Below, piece after piece: positions 18,451 through 27,933 of a stretch of DNA of 64,000 nt. Every line of letters begins with the position of its first letter. Position 1 is the first letter of the stretch. The notes below the pieces were generated by a model, which worked only from the letters and a program-made list of their open reading frames with translations, was not told the DNA's origin and searched no databases. The DNA comes from an uncultured Chloroflexia bacterium (GTDB taxonomy: Bacteria; Chloroflexota; Limnocylindria; Limnocylindrales; CSP1-4): NCBI GenBank assembly GCA_963752475.1, contig CAVVYR010000007.1, forward strand, positions 480,001 to 544,000, given 5' to 3'. Both the position numbers and the translations under genes were made by a program.

Positions 18451-19236
18451 ATGCGACCCGTCATCATCACTGCCAACTGGAAGATGAACACCACACCCGC
18501 GGATGCCGGCCCGTTGGCCGCCGACATCGCGAAGGCCACCGACGTGGCCAACGTCACGCGCATCATCTGCCCGCCCTACACCAACATCTCCGCGGTCTCG
18601 GACGCGGTCGATGGCACCGGCATGCTCGTCGGCGCCCAGAACGTCCATGCTGAGGCCAAGGGTGCCTATACCGGCGAGATCTCCGCGGACATGCTCAAGG
18701 GCCTCGTGCCCTGGTGCATCATCGGGCACTCCGAGCGTCGTCGAGACCAGTTCGAGTCGGACGAGCTCGTGGGTCAGAAGGTCATCCGCCTCGTCGAGGC
18801 TGGCATCAGCCCCATGATGTGCTGCGGTGAGCAGCTCGAAGACCGTGAGGCAGGAAAGGCGCTCGAGACCGTGCAAGCCCAGGTGAAGGCCTCGCTCGAG
18901 ACCGTCCTGGCTGCCGGAAACGGCCTCCCGTCCGACCTCGTCATCGCCTATGAGCCCGTGTGGGCCATCGGTACCGGCAAGACCGCCACGGGTGCCGACG
19001 CGGCCGAGATGGCCACCGCCATCCGCGCTACCATCGCCGACCTCGCCGGCGCCGAGTACGCTGAGTCCGTGCCCATCCTCTACGGCGGTTCCGTCACGGC
19101 CGATTCCTTCGGCGAGTTCATCGCCGAGCCGTCGATCGATGGCGCGCTCATCGGTGGCGCGGGCCTCAAACCCGATCAGATGTCCGTCATCGCCGCGCTG
19201 GCAGCAGAGGCTGCCGCCGCTCGCGCCACCGCCTAG
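18451..19236 (+). CDS. tpiA: Triosephosphate isomerase
   Basis: ANWKMN, GHSERR, AYEPVWAIGTG, LYGGSV, DGALIGGA. Confidence 0.98.
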   Translation: MRPVIITANWKMNTTPADAGPLAADIAKATDVANVTRIICPPYTNISAVSDAVDGTGMLVGAQNVHAEAKGAYTGEISADMLKGLVPWCIIGHSERRRDQFESDELVGQKVIRLVEAGISPMMCCGEQLEDREAGKALETVQAQVKASLETVLAAGNGLPSDLVIAYEPVWAIGTGKTATGADAAEMATAIRATIADLAGAEYAESVPILYGGSVTADSFGEFIAEPSIDGALIGGAGLKPDQMSVIAALAAEAAAARATA

Positions 19237-19317
19237 CCCACCGCCTCGCGCCCCCTCGCGCCACACAGCCCGGAGCGGCAACGCTTCGGGCGCCCTGCTG
19301 AAAGGGAGGAACCCTAC

Positions 19318-20895
19318 GTGACCACCAGGACCGAGCGACCCTGCCCGGTCGTGCTCGTCGTCGTCGACGGCTTCGGGTACGGACCCGAGCCCGCTGTCGA
19401 TGCCATCGCCGCTGCCGATATGCCTCGCTGGCGAGCGCTGCTCGACGAATGGCCCCACTCCAAGCTCGATGCCTCCGCGCTGGCCGTCGGTCTGCCCGAG
19501 GGGCAGATGGGCAACAGCGAGGTCGGCCATCTCAACATCGGCGCCGGCCGACCCGTGCTGCAGGACCTGCCGCGCATCGACGCCGAGATCGCTGACGGCA
19601 CGTTCAAGGCGAACGAGGTCTTGCTGGCGGCGGTCAAGAAGGCTGCCGCGCCTGGCGCTCGTCTCCATCTGGTCGGGCTCATCGGTCCCGGCGGCGTCCA
19701 CTCCACCGACGGTCACGCCGTGGCCATCGCGGAGCTGGCTCGCGAGGCCGGCGCCGAGGACGTCGTCGTCCATGGACTGCTCGACGGTCGCGACACCCCG
19801 CCTCGCTCGGCCGACGGCTTCATCCCCGACTTCGAGCGCCGGTTGTCCGCCGTCCACCCGAGCGCACGCTTCGCCATGATCGGCGGCCGCTACTACGGCA
19901 TGGACCGCGACAAGCGTTGGGAGCGGACCAAGGCCTGGTACGACGCCATGGTCCACGGCATCGGCTATGGGACCGAGGCCGCCGACTCCGCCGAGGCCGC
20001 CCTGGCTGCCGCCTACGAGCGTGGTGAGAACGACGAGTTCGTCAAGCCCACGCTCATCGACGGCGTCGACGGCACCGTCCGCGACGGCGACGTCGTCATC
20101 CACTTCAACTTCCGCGCCGACCGCGCGCGCCAGCTGACCCACGCCCTGGTCGACCGGGACTTCGAGTCCTTCGATCGTGGTGAGCCCGTCTTCCCGACGG
20201 TGGTCACGCTGACCGAGTACGAGGGTGGCCTGCCCGTCGAGGTGGCCTATCCGCCGATGGTCGTGGCCAGCCTCGCGGAGGTCGTCTCGGGCCTTGGCTG
20301 GAAGCAGTTCCACGTGGCCGAGACCGAGAAGTACGCGCACGTCACGTACTTCATGAACGGCGGCGTGGAGACGGCCTGGCCGGGCGAGGACCGCAAGCTC
20401 GTGCCCTCACCCAAGGTGGCCACGTACGACCTTGAGCCTGAGATGAGTGCGCAGGGCGTGGCCGACGAGATCGTCAAGGCGGTCGAGTCCAGCAAGTACG
20501 ACCTCATCATCGCCAACTTCGCCAATCCCGACATGGTCGGCCACACGGGAGTGTGGGACGCGACGGTGGAGGCCTGCACGTTCCTCGACGGGCGCCTCGG
20601 TGAGGTCGCCGACGCGGTCCTGGCAGCCGACGCGAGGTCGATCGCCGAAGGTGGTCAGGGCGCGATCCTTGCCGTCACCGCCGACCACGGCAACGCCGAC
20701 GTGATGAAGGACGCTGACGGCAATCCCGTCACCAAGCACTCGCTGAGCCTGGTGCCGTTCTTGCTGCTGGGCACTCCCGTCAAGGGCAAGTCCCTGGCTG
20801 ACGGCGTCTTGGCTGACGTCACACCCACGCTCATGGCGCTCACCGGCGTCTCGCCGGCCGAGGGCATGAGCGGACGGCCGCTGCTGGAGGATTAG
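19318..20895 (+). CDS. gpmI: 2,3-bisphosphoglycerate-independent phosphoglycerate mutase
   Basis: GQMGNSEVGH, DGRDTPP, NFRADRARQ, AETEKYAHVT, NPDMVGHTG, TADHGN. Confidence 0.98.
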   Translation: MTTRTERPCPVVLVVVDGFGYGPEPAVDAIAAADMPRWRALLDEWPHSKLDASALAVGLPEGQMGNSEVGHLNIGAGRPVLQDLPRIDAEIADGTFKANEVLLAAVKKAAAPGARLHLVGLIGPGGVHSTDGHAVAIAELAREAGAEDVVVHGLLDGRDTPPRSADGFIPDFERRLSAVHPSARFAMIGGRYYGMDRDKRWERTKAWYDAMVHGIGYGTEAADSAEAALAAAYERGENDEFVKPTLIDGVDGTVRDGDVVIHFNFRADRARQLTHALVDRDFESFDRGEPVFPTVVTLTEYEGGLPVEVAYPPMVVASLAEVVSGLGWKQFHVAETEKYAHVTYFMNGGVETAWPGEDRKLVPSPKVATYDLEPEMSAQGVADEIVKAVESSKYDLIIANFANPDMVGHTGVWDATVEACTFLDGRLGEVADAVLAADARSIAEGGQGAILAVTADHGNADVMKDADGNPVTKHSLSLVPFLLLGTPVKGKSLADGVLADVTPTLMALTGVSPAEGMSGRPLLED

Positions 20896-20984
20896 CCGAG
20901 CTCGGGTGCCGCCCCTGAGAGGAGGTGGCGCCCAAAGCCGTGCTACCCTCTCGGTCGAACCAACGACAGGAGTCGACTCCCACC

Positions 20985-21206
20985 TTGGACATCTTTCTTT
21001 TCTTCGCGCTGCTGGTCACGGCCATCGGCCTGATCGCTTCGATCCTCATGCAGTCGCGTGGCTCGGGCCTGGGCGCCACCTTCGGTGGTGGTGACACGTC
21101 CAGCTTCCGCACTCGCCGTGGGGTGGAGCAGCGTCTCTATCAGTTCACGATCGTGCTGTCGGTCCTTTTTGTGACCGTGAGCATGCTCATCTACATCGCG
21201 GAGTAG
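20985..21206 (+). CDS. secG: Preprotein translocase subunit SecG
   Basis: Two TMs, ILMQSRGSGLGATFGG, RTRRG; TTG start after AGGAG. Confidence 0.93.
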   Translation: MDIFLFFALLVTAIGLIASILMQSRGSGLGATFGGGDTSSFRTRRGVEQRLYQFTIVLSVLFVTVSMLIYIAE

Positions 21207-21305
21207 GCCCACTACCTGCTCTGATACACCGATGGGACCCGAGGGCGTTCCAAGCCTTCGTGCTACCATCTTCTCTCGCTCGATGGAGCGTGTGATCGTC
21301 GACGG

Positions 21306-21394
21306 GCCGCGGTGGCGGAATAGGCAGACGCGCTAGGTTCAGGACCTAGTGAGCATTACAGCTCGTGTGGGTTCAAGTCCCTCCCGCGGTACCA
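21306..21394 (+). tRNA. tRNA-Leu(CAG)
   Basis: Cloverleaf with long variable arm, anticodon arm CTAGG-TTCAGGA-CCTAG, encoded CCA. Confidence 0.96.
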
Positions 21395-21417
21395 CTCACG
21401 ATCACGGACGTACACCT

Positions 21418-21502
21418 GCCCAGGTGGCGGAATTGGTATACGCGCACGTTTGAGGGGCGTGTGAGGCAACTCATCCGGGTTCAAGTCCCGGCCTGGGCAC
21501 CA
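21418..21502 (+). tRNA. tRNA-Leu(GAG)
   Basis: GCCCAGG/CCTGGGC acceptor, loop TTGAGGG, variable arm, CCA. Confidence 0.96.
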
Positions 21503-21563
21503 CTCCTCCTTCCCTGATGCTCACCCCGCGTGAGGCCGTGCTCGGCGCTACCATCGGCACATC

Positions 21564-21640
<77 letters not shown>

Positions 21641-21777
21641 CATGGCCGCCCACGAGCACGTCGTCATCACCGGCGTCCATCCCTCCTTGGGAGGCGGGCC
21701 TCGCCGTATCTCGGGAGCCACCCGACCGCAGCGATGAGGTCTACGATGGCCGCATGAAACCATCGGAGGACTGACTC

Positions 21778-22770
21778 ATCCGCTCGCTCGCTATCGCTCT
21801 GGCCCTCACCCTTGCCCTGCCGGCCGTCGTGCTGGCGCAGGAACCCACCGAAGAGACCGCTTGGCCCTCGGCCGACGAGCTTCGTGCCGAGCTCCAGGCC
21901 ATCGGCTTCGAATTCACTTTCGACGGCGCGGGCCGCGCACAGCTGCCCGAGTTCCGTCCTGAGCTGCCCGCGCTGTGGACCCTGACCGAGCCCGCGCTCG
22001 ACGGCGACGAACTGCCTGACGGACAGGGCCTGGCCCCGTTCACGCTCCAGCTCATCGACGACGGCAGTGGCGACGCGCACTTGCTCTTCGCCGCCACGAG
22101 CGCAGATGAGGGCGACGGTGAGATCGCGACCATCGCCACGACGCTGATGGAGATCGAATCCCGGCTGCCAGACGGCAACGGCCTCGATGAGGTCGTCTGG
22201 TTCCTGGGCAACAAGTGGCAGTCCGACGGCGAGCGCTCGGCCGCACCCTGCGTGTATGCCGAGTCCGATGGCGGCGTGATGCTGGCCTGGTTCGGCGGCG
22301 AAGGTGAAGAGGTCACCACGTTCTTCGGCACGGTCGGCCCCAGCATGGTCCTGCCGGAGGAGCTCGAGCTGTGCAAGCAGACCCTGGCCCAGGCCGAGGG
22401 CGCTGCACCCGACGCCAGTGCGGACGAGACCACCGACGAGACCACGATCGAGCCGAGCGTCGACTTCAGCGTCCCGCCGGAGGAAGCGGTCGACATCATC
22501 GAGGCCGGGACCCACACGATCATCGACGTGCGTTCCCCGGCCGAGTACGACCAGGCGCACATCGTCGGTGCCGTCAACATCGATGTGGAGTCACCCGACT
22601 TCGTCGACCGTATCACCGAGCTCGACCCGGACGAGCCACACCTGCTGTACTGCCGCAGCGGCCGCCGCAGCGACCTGGCCGCGCAGCAGATGGCGGCGGC
22701 CGGCTTCACCGACATCACCGACGCAGCCGGCCTGGCGGACCTGGCCAGGGCCGGGGCGCCGATCGAGTAG
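21778..22770 (+). CDS. Secreted protein with C-terminal rhodanese domain (start uncertain)
   Basis: IIDVRSPAEYDQAHIVGA and YCRSGRRS; in-frame signal peptide begins at ATC 21778 after GGAGG. Confidence 0.8.
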   Translation: MRSLAIALALTLALPAVVLAQEPTEETAWPSADELRAELQAIGFEFTFDGAGRAQLPEFRPELPALWTLTEPALDGDELPDGQGLAPFTLQLIDDGSGDAHLLFAATSADEGDGEIATIATTLMEIESRLPDGNGLDEVVWFLGNKWQSDGERSAAPCVYAESDGGVMLAWFGGEGEEVTTFFGTVGPSMVLPEELELCKQTLAQAEGAAPDASADETTDETTIEPSVDFSVPPEEAVDIIEAGTHTIIDVRSPAEYDQAHIVGAVNIDVESPDFVDRITELDPDEPHLLYCRSGRRSDLAAQQMAAAGFTDITDAAGLADLARAGAPIE

Positions 22771-22972
22771 GTCGATCCAGGAATGGCTGGATGAAGTCGG
22801 GTCGCCCGAGTCACCGAAGCCGGTGCTACCGGTGTGCGCGTTGTTCGAGAGCACGAGCGTGTTCGGGCCGGTGTACCCGGTCGATCGGCGGTCGATCAGG
22901 GCAGGGTGCGCTCGCTGCCTAGACCTGGTGGGTACGCTAGGGCGACCAGGCCCGGTCGCCAGAGGGGGAGTC

Positions 22973-24019
22973 ATGTCAGCAGCCACATCACTCGTACGTC
23001 TAGCCACCATCGTTCCCTTCGTCGTCGCCGCGGCCGCGCCGGCTGTGGCCGCAGATGAGTGGGTCGCGTTCGACGGCGGCCCCGGGACCATCTGCGCGGA
23101 TGGCAGCGAGCCTTCCTTCTTCGAACGCACCGCCGATCCGCAGCGCGTCGTCCTCTACTTCGAGGGTGGTGGCGCCTGCTGGAGCGAGGAGACGTGCGCC
23201 TTCGACAACCCCGACCAGCCCTACCGCTACTCGAGCGACTACACGGCCGAGTCGATGTCTGAGCGTGGCGGCATCTTCGACTTCCAGAATCCGGAGAACC
23301 CGCTGGCCGATCACTCCTGGGTGTACGCGCCCTATTGCACCGGTGACCTGCACCTGGGCGACATGACGCGGACATACGGCGACCTCGTCATCGAGCATCG
23401 GGGAGCGGTCAACGCCGGCGCCGCGCTCGACCACCTCGTCGAGCAATTCCCCGACGCTACGGAACTCGTCGTCGCCGGCGTCAGCGCCGGTTCGGTCCCG
23501 ACGCCGCTGTATGCCGCGCTCGTGGCCGACAGCTTCCCGGAGGCTCGCATCGTGACCCTCGGCGACGGCTCCGGAGGCTACCCCGACGAGCCCGTCGTCA
23601 ACGCCTTCCTGAGCTTCATGTGGGGCGTGCTCGATGCCGCCCCGGACTGGCCTGAGACCGCTGACCTGAGCGTCGATGACTGGAGCGCTCCCAGTCTCTA
23701 CGTCCACGGTGGGCGGCGCGCACCACAGATCACCTTCGCTCGCTTCGACTTCGCGTTCGATGGGGCGCAGGTCGGCTACATCGCGATGCTGGGTATGGGT
23801 GACGATGAGCTGGTCGCGTACATGGACGGAAACGAGGCAGAGATCGAGGCAGAGGGCGTGCCCGTCGCGAGCTACACCGCGCCAGGGGACGAGCACACGC
23901 TCCTCTGGCGTGACCTCGTCTACGAGATCGAGGTCGAAGGTGTTCGGCTCATCGACTGGATCACCGAACTCGTGGCGGGCGGCACACCGGACGACGTCCA
24001 CTGCGTCGTCTGCCGCTGA
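22973..24019 (+). CDS. Secreted pectinacetylesterase/Notum-family hydrolase
   Basis: CADGS, YFEGGGACW, PYCTGD, GVSAG nucleophile elbow; signal peptide. Confidence 0.88.
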   Translation: MSAATSLVRLATIVPFVVAAAAPAVAADEWVAFDGGPGTICADGSEPSFFERTADPQRVVLYFEGGGACWSEETCAFDNPDQPYRYSSDYTAESMSERGGIFDFQNPENPLADHSWVYAPYCTGDLHLGDMTRTYGDLVIEHRGAVNAGAALDHLVEQFPDATELVVAGVSAGSVPTPLYAALVADSFPEARIVTLGDGSGGYPDEPVVNAFLSFMWGVLDAAPDWPETADLSVDDWSAPSLYVHGGRRAPQITFARFDFAFDGAQVGYIAMLGMGDDELVAYMDGNEAEIEAEGVPVASYTAPGDEHTLLWRDLVYEIEVEGVRLIDWITELVAGGTPDDVHCVVCR

Positions 24020-24136
24020 ACGGCCGATGGTCCCGGCCGGGGCGGGAGGTGCGGATGATGCGCCCGGGCGCCACATGCGGGTACCCTTGGTGCTGCAGGT
24101 CGGTCGAATGACCCCTGGCTTCGATCGGAGGGTTTG

Positions 24137-24835
24137 ATGGAGATCTTGTTGATCGTCGGGATCGTCGTGGTGATCGTGTTCGCCGCCGGCATCCTGATCT
24201 ACAACGGTTTGGTGCAGCGGCGCCTGCGCATCGATGAAGCGTTCGCCCAGATCGAGGTCCAGCTCAAGCGACGCTGGGACCTCATCCCCAATCTGGTCGA
24301 CGCGGTCAAGGGCTACATGGGCTTCGAGGAGTCCGTTCTGACACAGGTGACGGAGGCGCGAGCCAACGCCGTTGCCGCTGGCGCCAAGGGTCCGCACGAG
24401 CAAGCCCAGGCTGAGAACATGCTCACCGGCACGTTGCGCTCGCTGTTCGCCACGGTCGAGAACTATCCCGAGCTCAAGGCCAACCAGAACGTGCTCGAGC
24501 TGCAGGAACAGCTGACGACGACCGAGAACCAGATCAGTTTCGCGCGGCAGCACTACAACGCCACCGTGCTCGACTACAACACCTCGATCGCCACGTTCCC
24601 CAACGTCCTCATCGCCGGACCGTTGGGCTTCGACAAGCGCGAGTTCTTCGATGCCGAGCCGGAGGCCGAACAGGTGCCGGAGGTCAACCTCGGCTTCGGC
24701 AGGGATGACGATGACGACCAGCCGACCGCACCTGCGGCACCGGCCCAGAGCGCGCCTCCGCCTCCCCCGCAGCAGGCCCCGCCGCCTCCTCCGCGCCAGG
24801 CTCCACCCCCACCGCCGCCCCAGCAGCGGAGCTAG
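24137..24835 (+). CDS. lemA: LemA family protein with Pro-rich tail
   Basis: YNGLV, QLKRRWDLIPNLV, ENYPELKAN, YNT..FPN. Confidence 0.95.
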   Translation: MEILLIVGIVVVIVFAAGILIYNGLVQRRLRIDEAFAQIEVQLKRRWDLIPNLVDAVKGYMGFEESVLTQVTEARANAVAAGAKGPHEQAQAENMLTGTLRSLFATVENYPELKANQNVLELQEQLTTTENQISFARQHYNATVLDYNTSIATFPNVLIAGPLGFDKREFFDAEPEAEQVPEVNLGFGRDDDDDQPTAPAAPAQSAPPPPPQQAPPPPPRQAPPPPPPQQRS

Positions 24836-24879
24836 CCCACGGAAGCTCCCGCGACCACGCCAGCCGGTAGCACGACGCC

Positions 24880-25866
24880 ATGACGGTCGAACGCCAGACG
24901 TTCCACCAGCAGATCAGTCAGAACAAGCGACGCTCCATCCTGCTGATGGGCGCGGTCGTGCTGCTCTTCTGCGTGCTGGCCTGGTTCTTCGGCTTCTACC
25001 TCGCGGGCGACCCGGCCAACGCCATCTGGTTCGTGCCGGTCGGCGGCATCATCGCCGTGGTCATCAGCCTGGGCGCGCTGTTCGGTGGCGACGGCATGAT
25101 CCTGGGCATCTCCCGCGCGCGGCAGGTCACCGACACCGACGAGCCACAGCTGATGAACGTGGTGCGCGAGCTCTCGCTGGCGGCCAACCTGCCCGAGCCC
25201 AAGGTCTACGTCATCGAAGACACCGCGCTCAACGCCTTCGCCACCGGGCGCGATCCCGAGCACGCGAGCGTAGCGGTCACGCGTGGCCTGCTCGAGCGGC
25301 TGGATCGGGAGGAGCTGCAGGGCGTGGTCGGGCACGAGCTGGCCCACGTGGCCAACTACGACATCCGCTTCAGCCTGCTCGTGGGCGTGCTCGTGGGCTC
25401 GATCGCGCTGATGGCCGACCTGCTCGCTCGCATGACCATCTGGGGCTCCATGACCCGCGGCCGCGGCAGCAACCGCAGTGGCGGTGGCGGCGGACAGGTC
25501 ATCATCCTCGCCATCGGCCTGATCGTGGCCATCCTGGCGCCGCTCTTTGCGCGCCTCGTGCAGATGGCCGTCAACCGGCAGCGTGAGTACCTCGCCGACG
25601 CCACCAGCGTCGAGCTCACGCGGAACCCGTATGGACTGGAGCGCGCACTGGCCAAGCTGGCCACCGACACCGAGAAACTCGACGGGGCCAATAAGGCCAC
25701 CCAGCACCTCTACTTCGTCAACCCCGTGAAGAAGCTCGAGCACAGCGCGAGGGGCTTGTTCAGCACCCATCCGGCCATCGTCGACCGCATCAACCGGTTG
25801 CGGAAGCTGACTGGCCAGCCGGAGATCGACGAGAGCGGGATCGGAGAGATCGCCGGCCTGCGCTGA
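24880..25866 (+). CDS. htpX: M48 family membrane zinc metalloprotease HtpX
   Basis: NAFATG, HELAH, REYLAD, FSTHP..DRI; follows lemA. Confidence 0.92.
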   Translation: MTVERQTFHQQISQNKRRSILLMGAVVLLFCVLAWFFGFYLAGDPANAIWFVPVGGIIAVVISLGALFGGDGMILGISRARQVTDTDEPQLMNVVRELSLAANLPEPKVYVIEDTALNAFATGRDPEHASVAVTRGLLERLDREELQGVVGHELAHVANYDIRFSLLVGVLVGSIALMADLLARMTIWGSMTRGRGSNRSGGGGGQVIILAIGLIVAILAPLFARLVQMAVNRQREYLADATSVELTRNPYGLERALAKLATDTEKLDGANKATQHLYFVNPVKKLEHSARGLFSTHPAIVDRINRLRKLTGQPEIDESGIGEIAGLR

Positions 25867-27143
25867 GACGCGGCGACTTCCATCGCACCCGTCTCGAACG
25901 CCCGGATGCGCTCGGCCGTGCCGTCGGGCAGTCGCACGACGCCGATGATGCGTCCGTAGAGCAAGGCGCCCGCGCCGGCGACGAGGAGACACAGCACCAG
26001 CCCTCCGGTCTCGCCCATGAGGCCGATATGCACCGGGGCCATCAGCACGAAGGGCACGACCAGGCCACGCAGGCCCATGATCGAGTTGAGCCCCGCGGCC
26101 ACGGCTGCTTGTTCGCCTTCGGGCGAGTGGTTCGCGATGAGCAGCGGCCAGGCAGCGTTGACCGCGGCGTTGCTCGTCCCCAGCAGCACCGTGGCCACGA
26201 TGATGGCCTCGAGCGAGGGTGCGAACGCGAAGGCACCCAGGGCGAACGCGCCGATCAGCGTGCCTCCGAAGATGGTCGGCAGCGGACCGAAGCGACCTGC
26301 GATCCGGCCCCAGATCCCGATGGTCACAGCGGTACTGCCGTAGCTGAGCAGGCCGGCCAGCGCGATGTCGCCGATCGAGAGGCCGAGCCGGTCGACGTGG
26401 ACCATGGCGATGAAGGCCGGCGCGGCCATGGTGCCGGCGCCGAAGAGCAGCTGGGCCCCGGCGATGCGTCGCACCATCGGTGTCGCCACGACCGCGCGCA
26501 GCGCGCCCCTGGCGCTGAAGGACTGGCCCGAGGCGATGCCGGGGACCTCCATGCGCCCGACAGCCAGGCTGCTGATGGCACCGACCGCGGCGACGATGGC
26601 CACGATCGGTACCCAGCCGTCGGCCGAGGCCGCGACCGTGATGGCCAGCAGTGCCAGCGTGCCGGCGGTGAAGCGGCCGGTGCCGACGATCCCGAGCAGG
26701 CGGCCCCGGTCCTCCGACGGGTAGATCGTGGCCCAGATGCGCTGCTGCAGCGGGGCGCCCAGTGCGAACGTGACCCAGAAGACGAACGTCGCTCCGGCGA
26801 TGAGCAGCGGGTGCGGTGCCACCAGCACGAGCAGCAGGCCAAGTGCGCCGGCAGAGCGAAGGATGGCCAGCCGGGCAGGGGAGCGCGGGCCGATACGCCC
26901 GGCGAACATCGTCAGCAGGGTAGCCAGGAAGGGCAGTGCGGCGAGGGTGGCCAGACCCATGGCATCGAGTCCCTCGCGGCGAGCGACCGAGGGCAGCAGG
27001 ACGCTGACGACTGCCATGGTCGTGCCGGTGCCGACCGCGGACGAGAGGTCGAGCGACAGGTTGCGCACGAGCGTCGATGGACGCGGAAGCGAAGCGGCCG
27101 GATACGTGCCCGGTCGGAAGGCTGGGGGCTGGGGCCAAGCCAC
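25710..27143 (-). CDS. MFS transporter, riboswitch-controlled, substrate unknown
   Basis: About 12 hydrophobic segments, YPSEDRGRLLG and WGRIAGRFG loops; GTG start 27143 preceded by GAGGTG; 3' end overlaps htpX. Confidence 0.85.
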   Translation of the reverse strand: MAWPQPPAFRPGTYPAASLPRPSTLVRNLSLDLSSAVGTGTTMAVVSVLLPSVARREGLDAMGLATLAALPFLATLLTMFAGRIGPRSPARLAILRSAGALGLLLVLVAPHPLLIAGATFVFWVTFALGAPLQQRIWATIYPSEDRGRLLGIVGTGRFTAGTLALLAITVAASADGWVPIVAIVAAVGAISSLAVGRMEVPGIASGQSFSARGALRAVVATPMVRRIAGAQLLFGAGTMAAPAFIAMVHVDRLGLSIGDIALAGLLSYGSTAVTIGIWGRIAGRFGPLPTIFGGTLIGAFALGAFAFAPSLEAIIVATVLLGTSNAAVNAAWPLLIANHSPEGEQAAVAAGLNSIMGLRGLVVPFVLMAPVHIGLMGETGGLVLCLLVAGAGALLYGRIIGVVRLPDGTAERIRAFETGAMEVAASQRRPAISPIPLSSISGWPVSFRNRLMRSTMAGWVLNKPLALCSSFFTGLTK

Positions 27144-27164
27144 GAGAACACCTCGAAACGAAAC

Positions 27165-27290
27165 GGCTTGGCCTGCGAGGTGAGCTGTCGGGCTCGGCCA
27201 CCAGCGTGGTGGCCTGCGCGGACGGTCCGCGGTTCGCCCCAAGGAGAGGTTGGTTCCCCCGTCCCCCGAGCGTGGGGGTTCGGCCTGCCC
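27165..27290 (-). promoter_or_regulatory. Cyclic di-AMP (ydaO/yuaA) riboswitch
   Basis: Minus strand has the conserved blocks in order: GCCGAA..GGGACGGGGGAACC..TTGGGGCGAA..CCGAGCCCGACAGCTCACCTCGCAGGC; TACGCT -10 at 27298-27293. Confidence 0.9.
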
Positions 27291-27430
27291 CCAGCGTAGC
27301 GGGCGCAAACGTTTCCTTCGGTCGGCGGATGGTGAAGAAAGCGCAACGGTCAAGCCTGGATCGGACCCGGCCGTCAGCTGTTTGTGCGTCGCGGCCAAGA
27401 TGTGGTGTAATGTCCTGACCGCAGCGGCGG

Positions 27431-27506
27431 GCCGAGATAGCTCAGTTGGTAGAGCACACGACTGAAAATCGTGCGGTCGCCAGTTCGAATCTGGCTCTCG
27501 GCACCA
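27431..27506 (+). tRNA. tRNA-Phe(GAA)
   Basis: GCCGAGA/TCTCGGC, CACGA-CTGAAAA-TCGTG, CCA. Confidence 0.97.
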
Positions 27507-27538
27507 CTACACGGCGCTATCCCAGCGCTCGAGATCCG

Positions 27539-27615
27539 GCGGAAGTAGCTCAGTTTGGTAGAGCATCACCTTGCCAAGGTGAGGGTCGAGGGTTCGAGTC
27601 CCTTCTTCCGCTCCA
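27539..27615 (+). tRNA. tRNA-Gly(GCC)
   Basis: GCGGAAG/CTTCCGC, TCACC-TTGCCAA-GGTGA, TCCA. Confidence 0.97.
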
Positions 27616-27656
27616 CTCCCTCCCTTCTCACCTCGTAGACTGTCCGCGGGATTCGT

Positions 27657-27730
27657 TGCCCCTTCGTCTAGTGGTAGGACACCGGACTTTGGATCCGAGA
27701 ACCGAGGTTCGAATCCTCGAGGGGCAGCCA
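27657..27730 (+). tRNA. tRNA-Gln(TTG)
   Basis: TGCCCCT/AGGGGCA, loop CTTTGGA, GCCA. Confidence 0.96.
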
Positions 27731-27763
27731 CTCCGACAGGGCTGGTAGCATCTGCCCGCACGA

Positions 27764-27840
27764 GGTGACGTGGCGAAGAGGCTTAACGCACTGGTCTGCA
27801 AAACCAGCATTCACCGGTTCGAATCCGGTCGTCACCTCCA
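27764..27840 (+). tRNA. tRNA-Cys(GCA)
   Basis: GGTGACG/CGTCACC, CTGGT-CTGCAAA-ACCAG, TCCA. Confidence 0.97.
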
Positions 27841-27856
27841 ACTCCGCGAAACACGA

Positions 27857-27887
27857 CGAAGCCGCTCGGCTGATCCGGGCGGCTTCG
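27857..27887. terminator. Hairpin between the tRNA cluster and the convergent RTX gene
   Basis: CGAAGCCGCTCGG-CTGAT-CCGGGCGGCTTCG. Confidence 0.7.
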
Positions 27888-27933
27888 CTGATTCACGGGT
27901 TGCTTTCGATGCGTTGGGTGACGCACCCGTGGT

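Noticed and set aside
21772-21774. Selenocysteine or alternative-code TGA
   Set aside because: TGA is a normal stop in many genes here and the codon precedes a signal peptide, not a catalytic site
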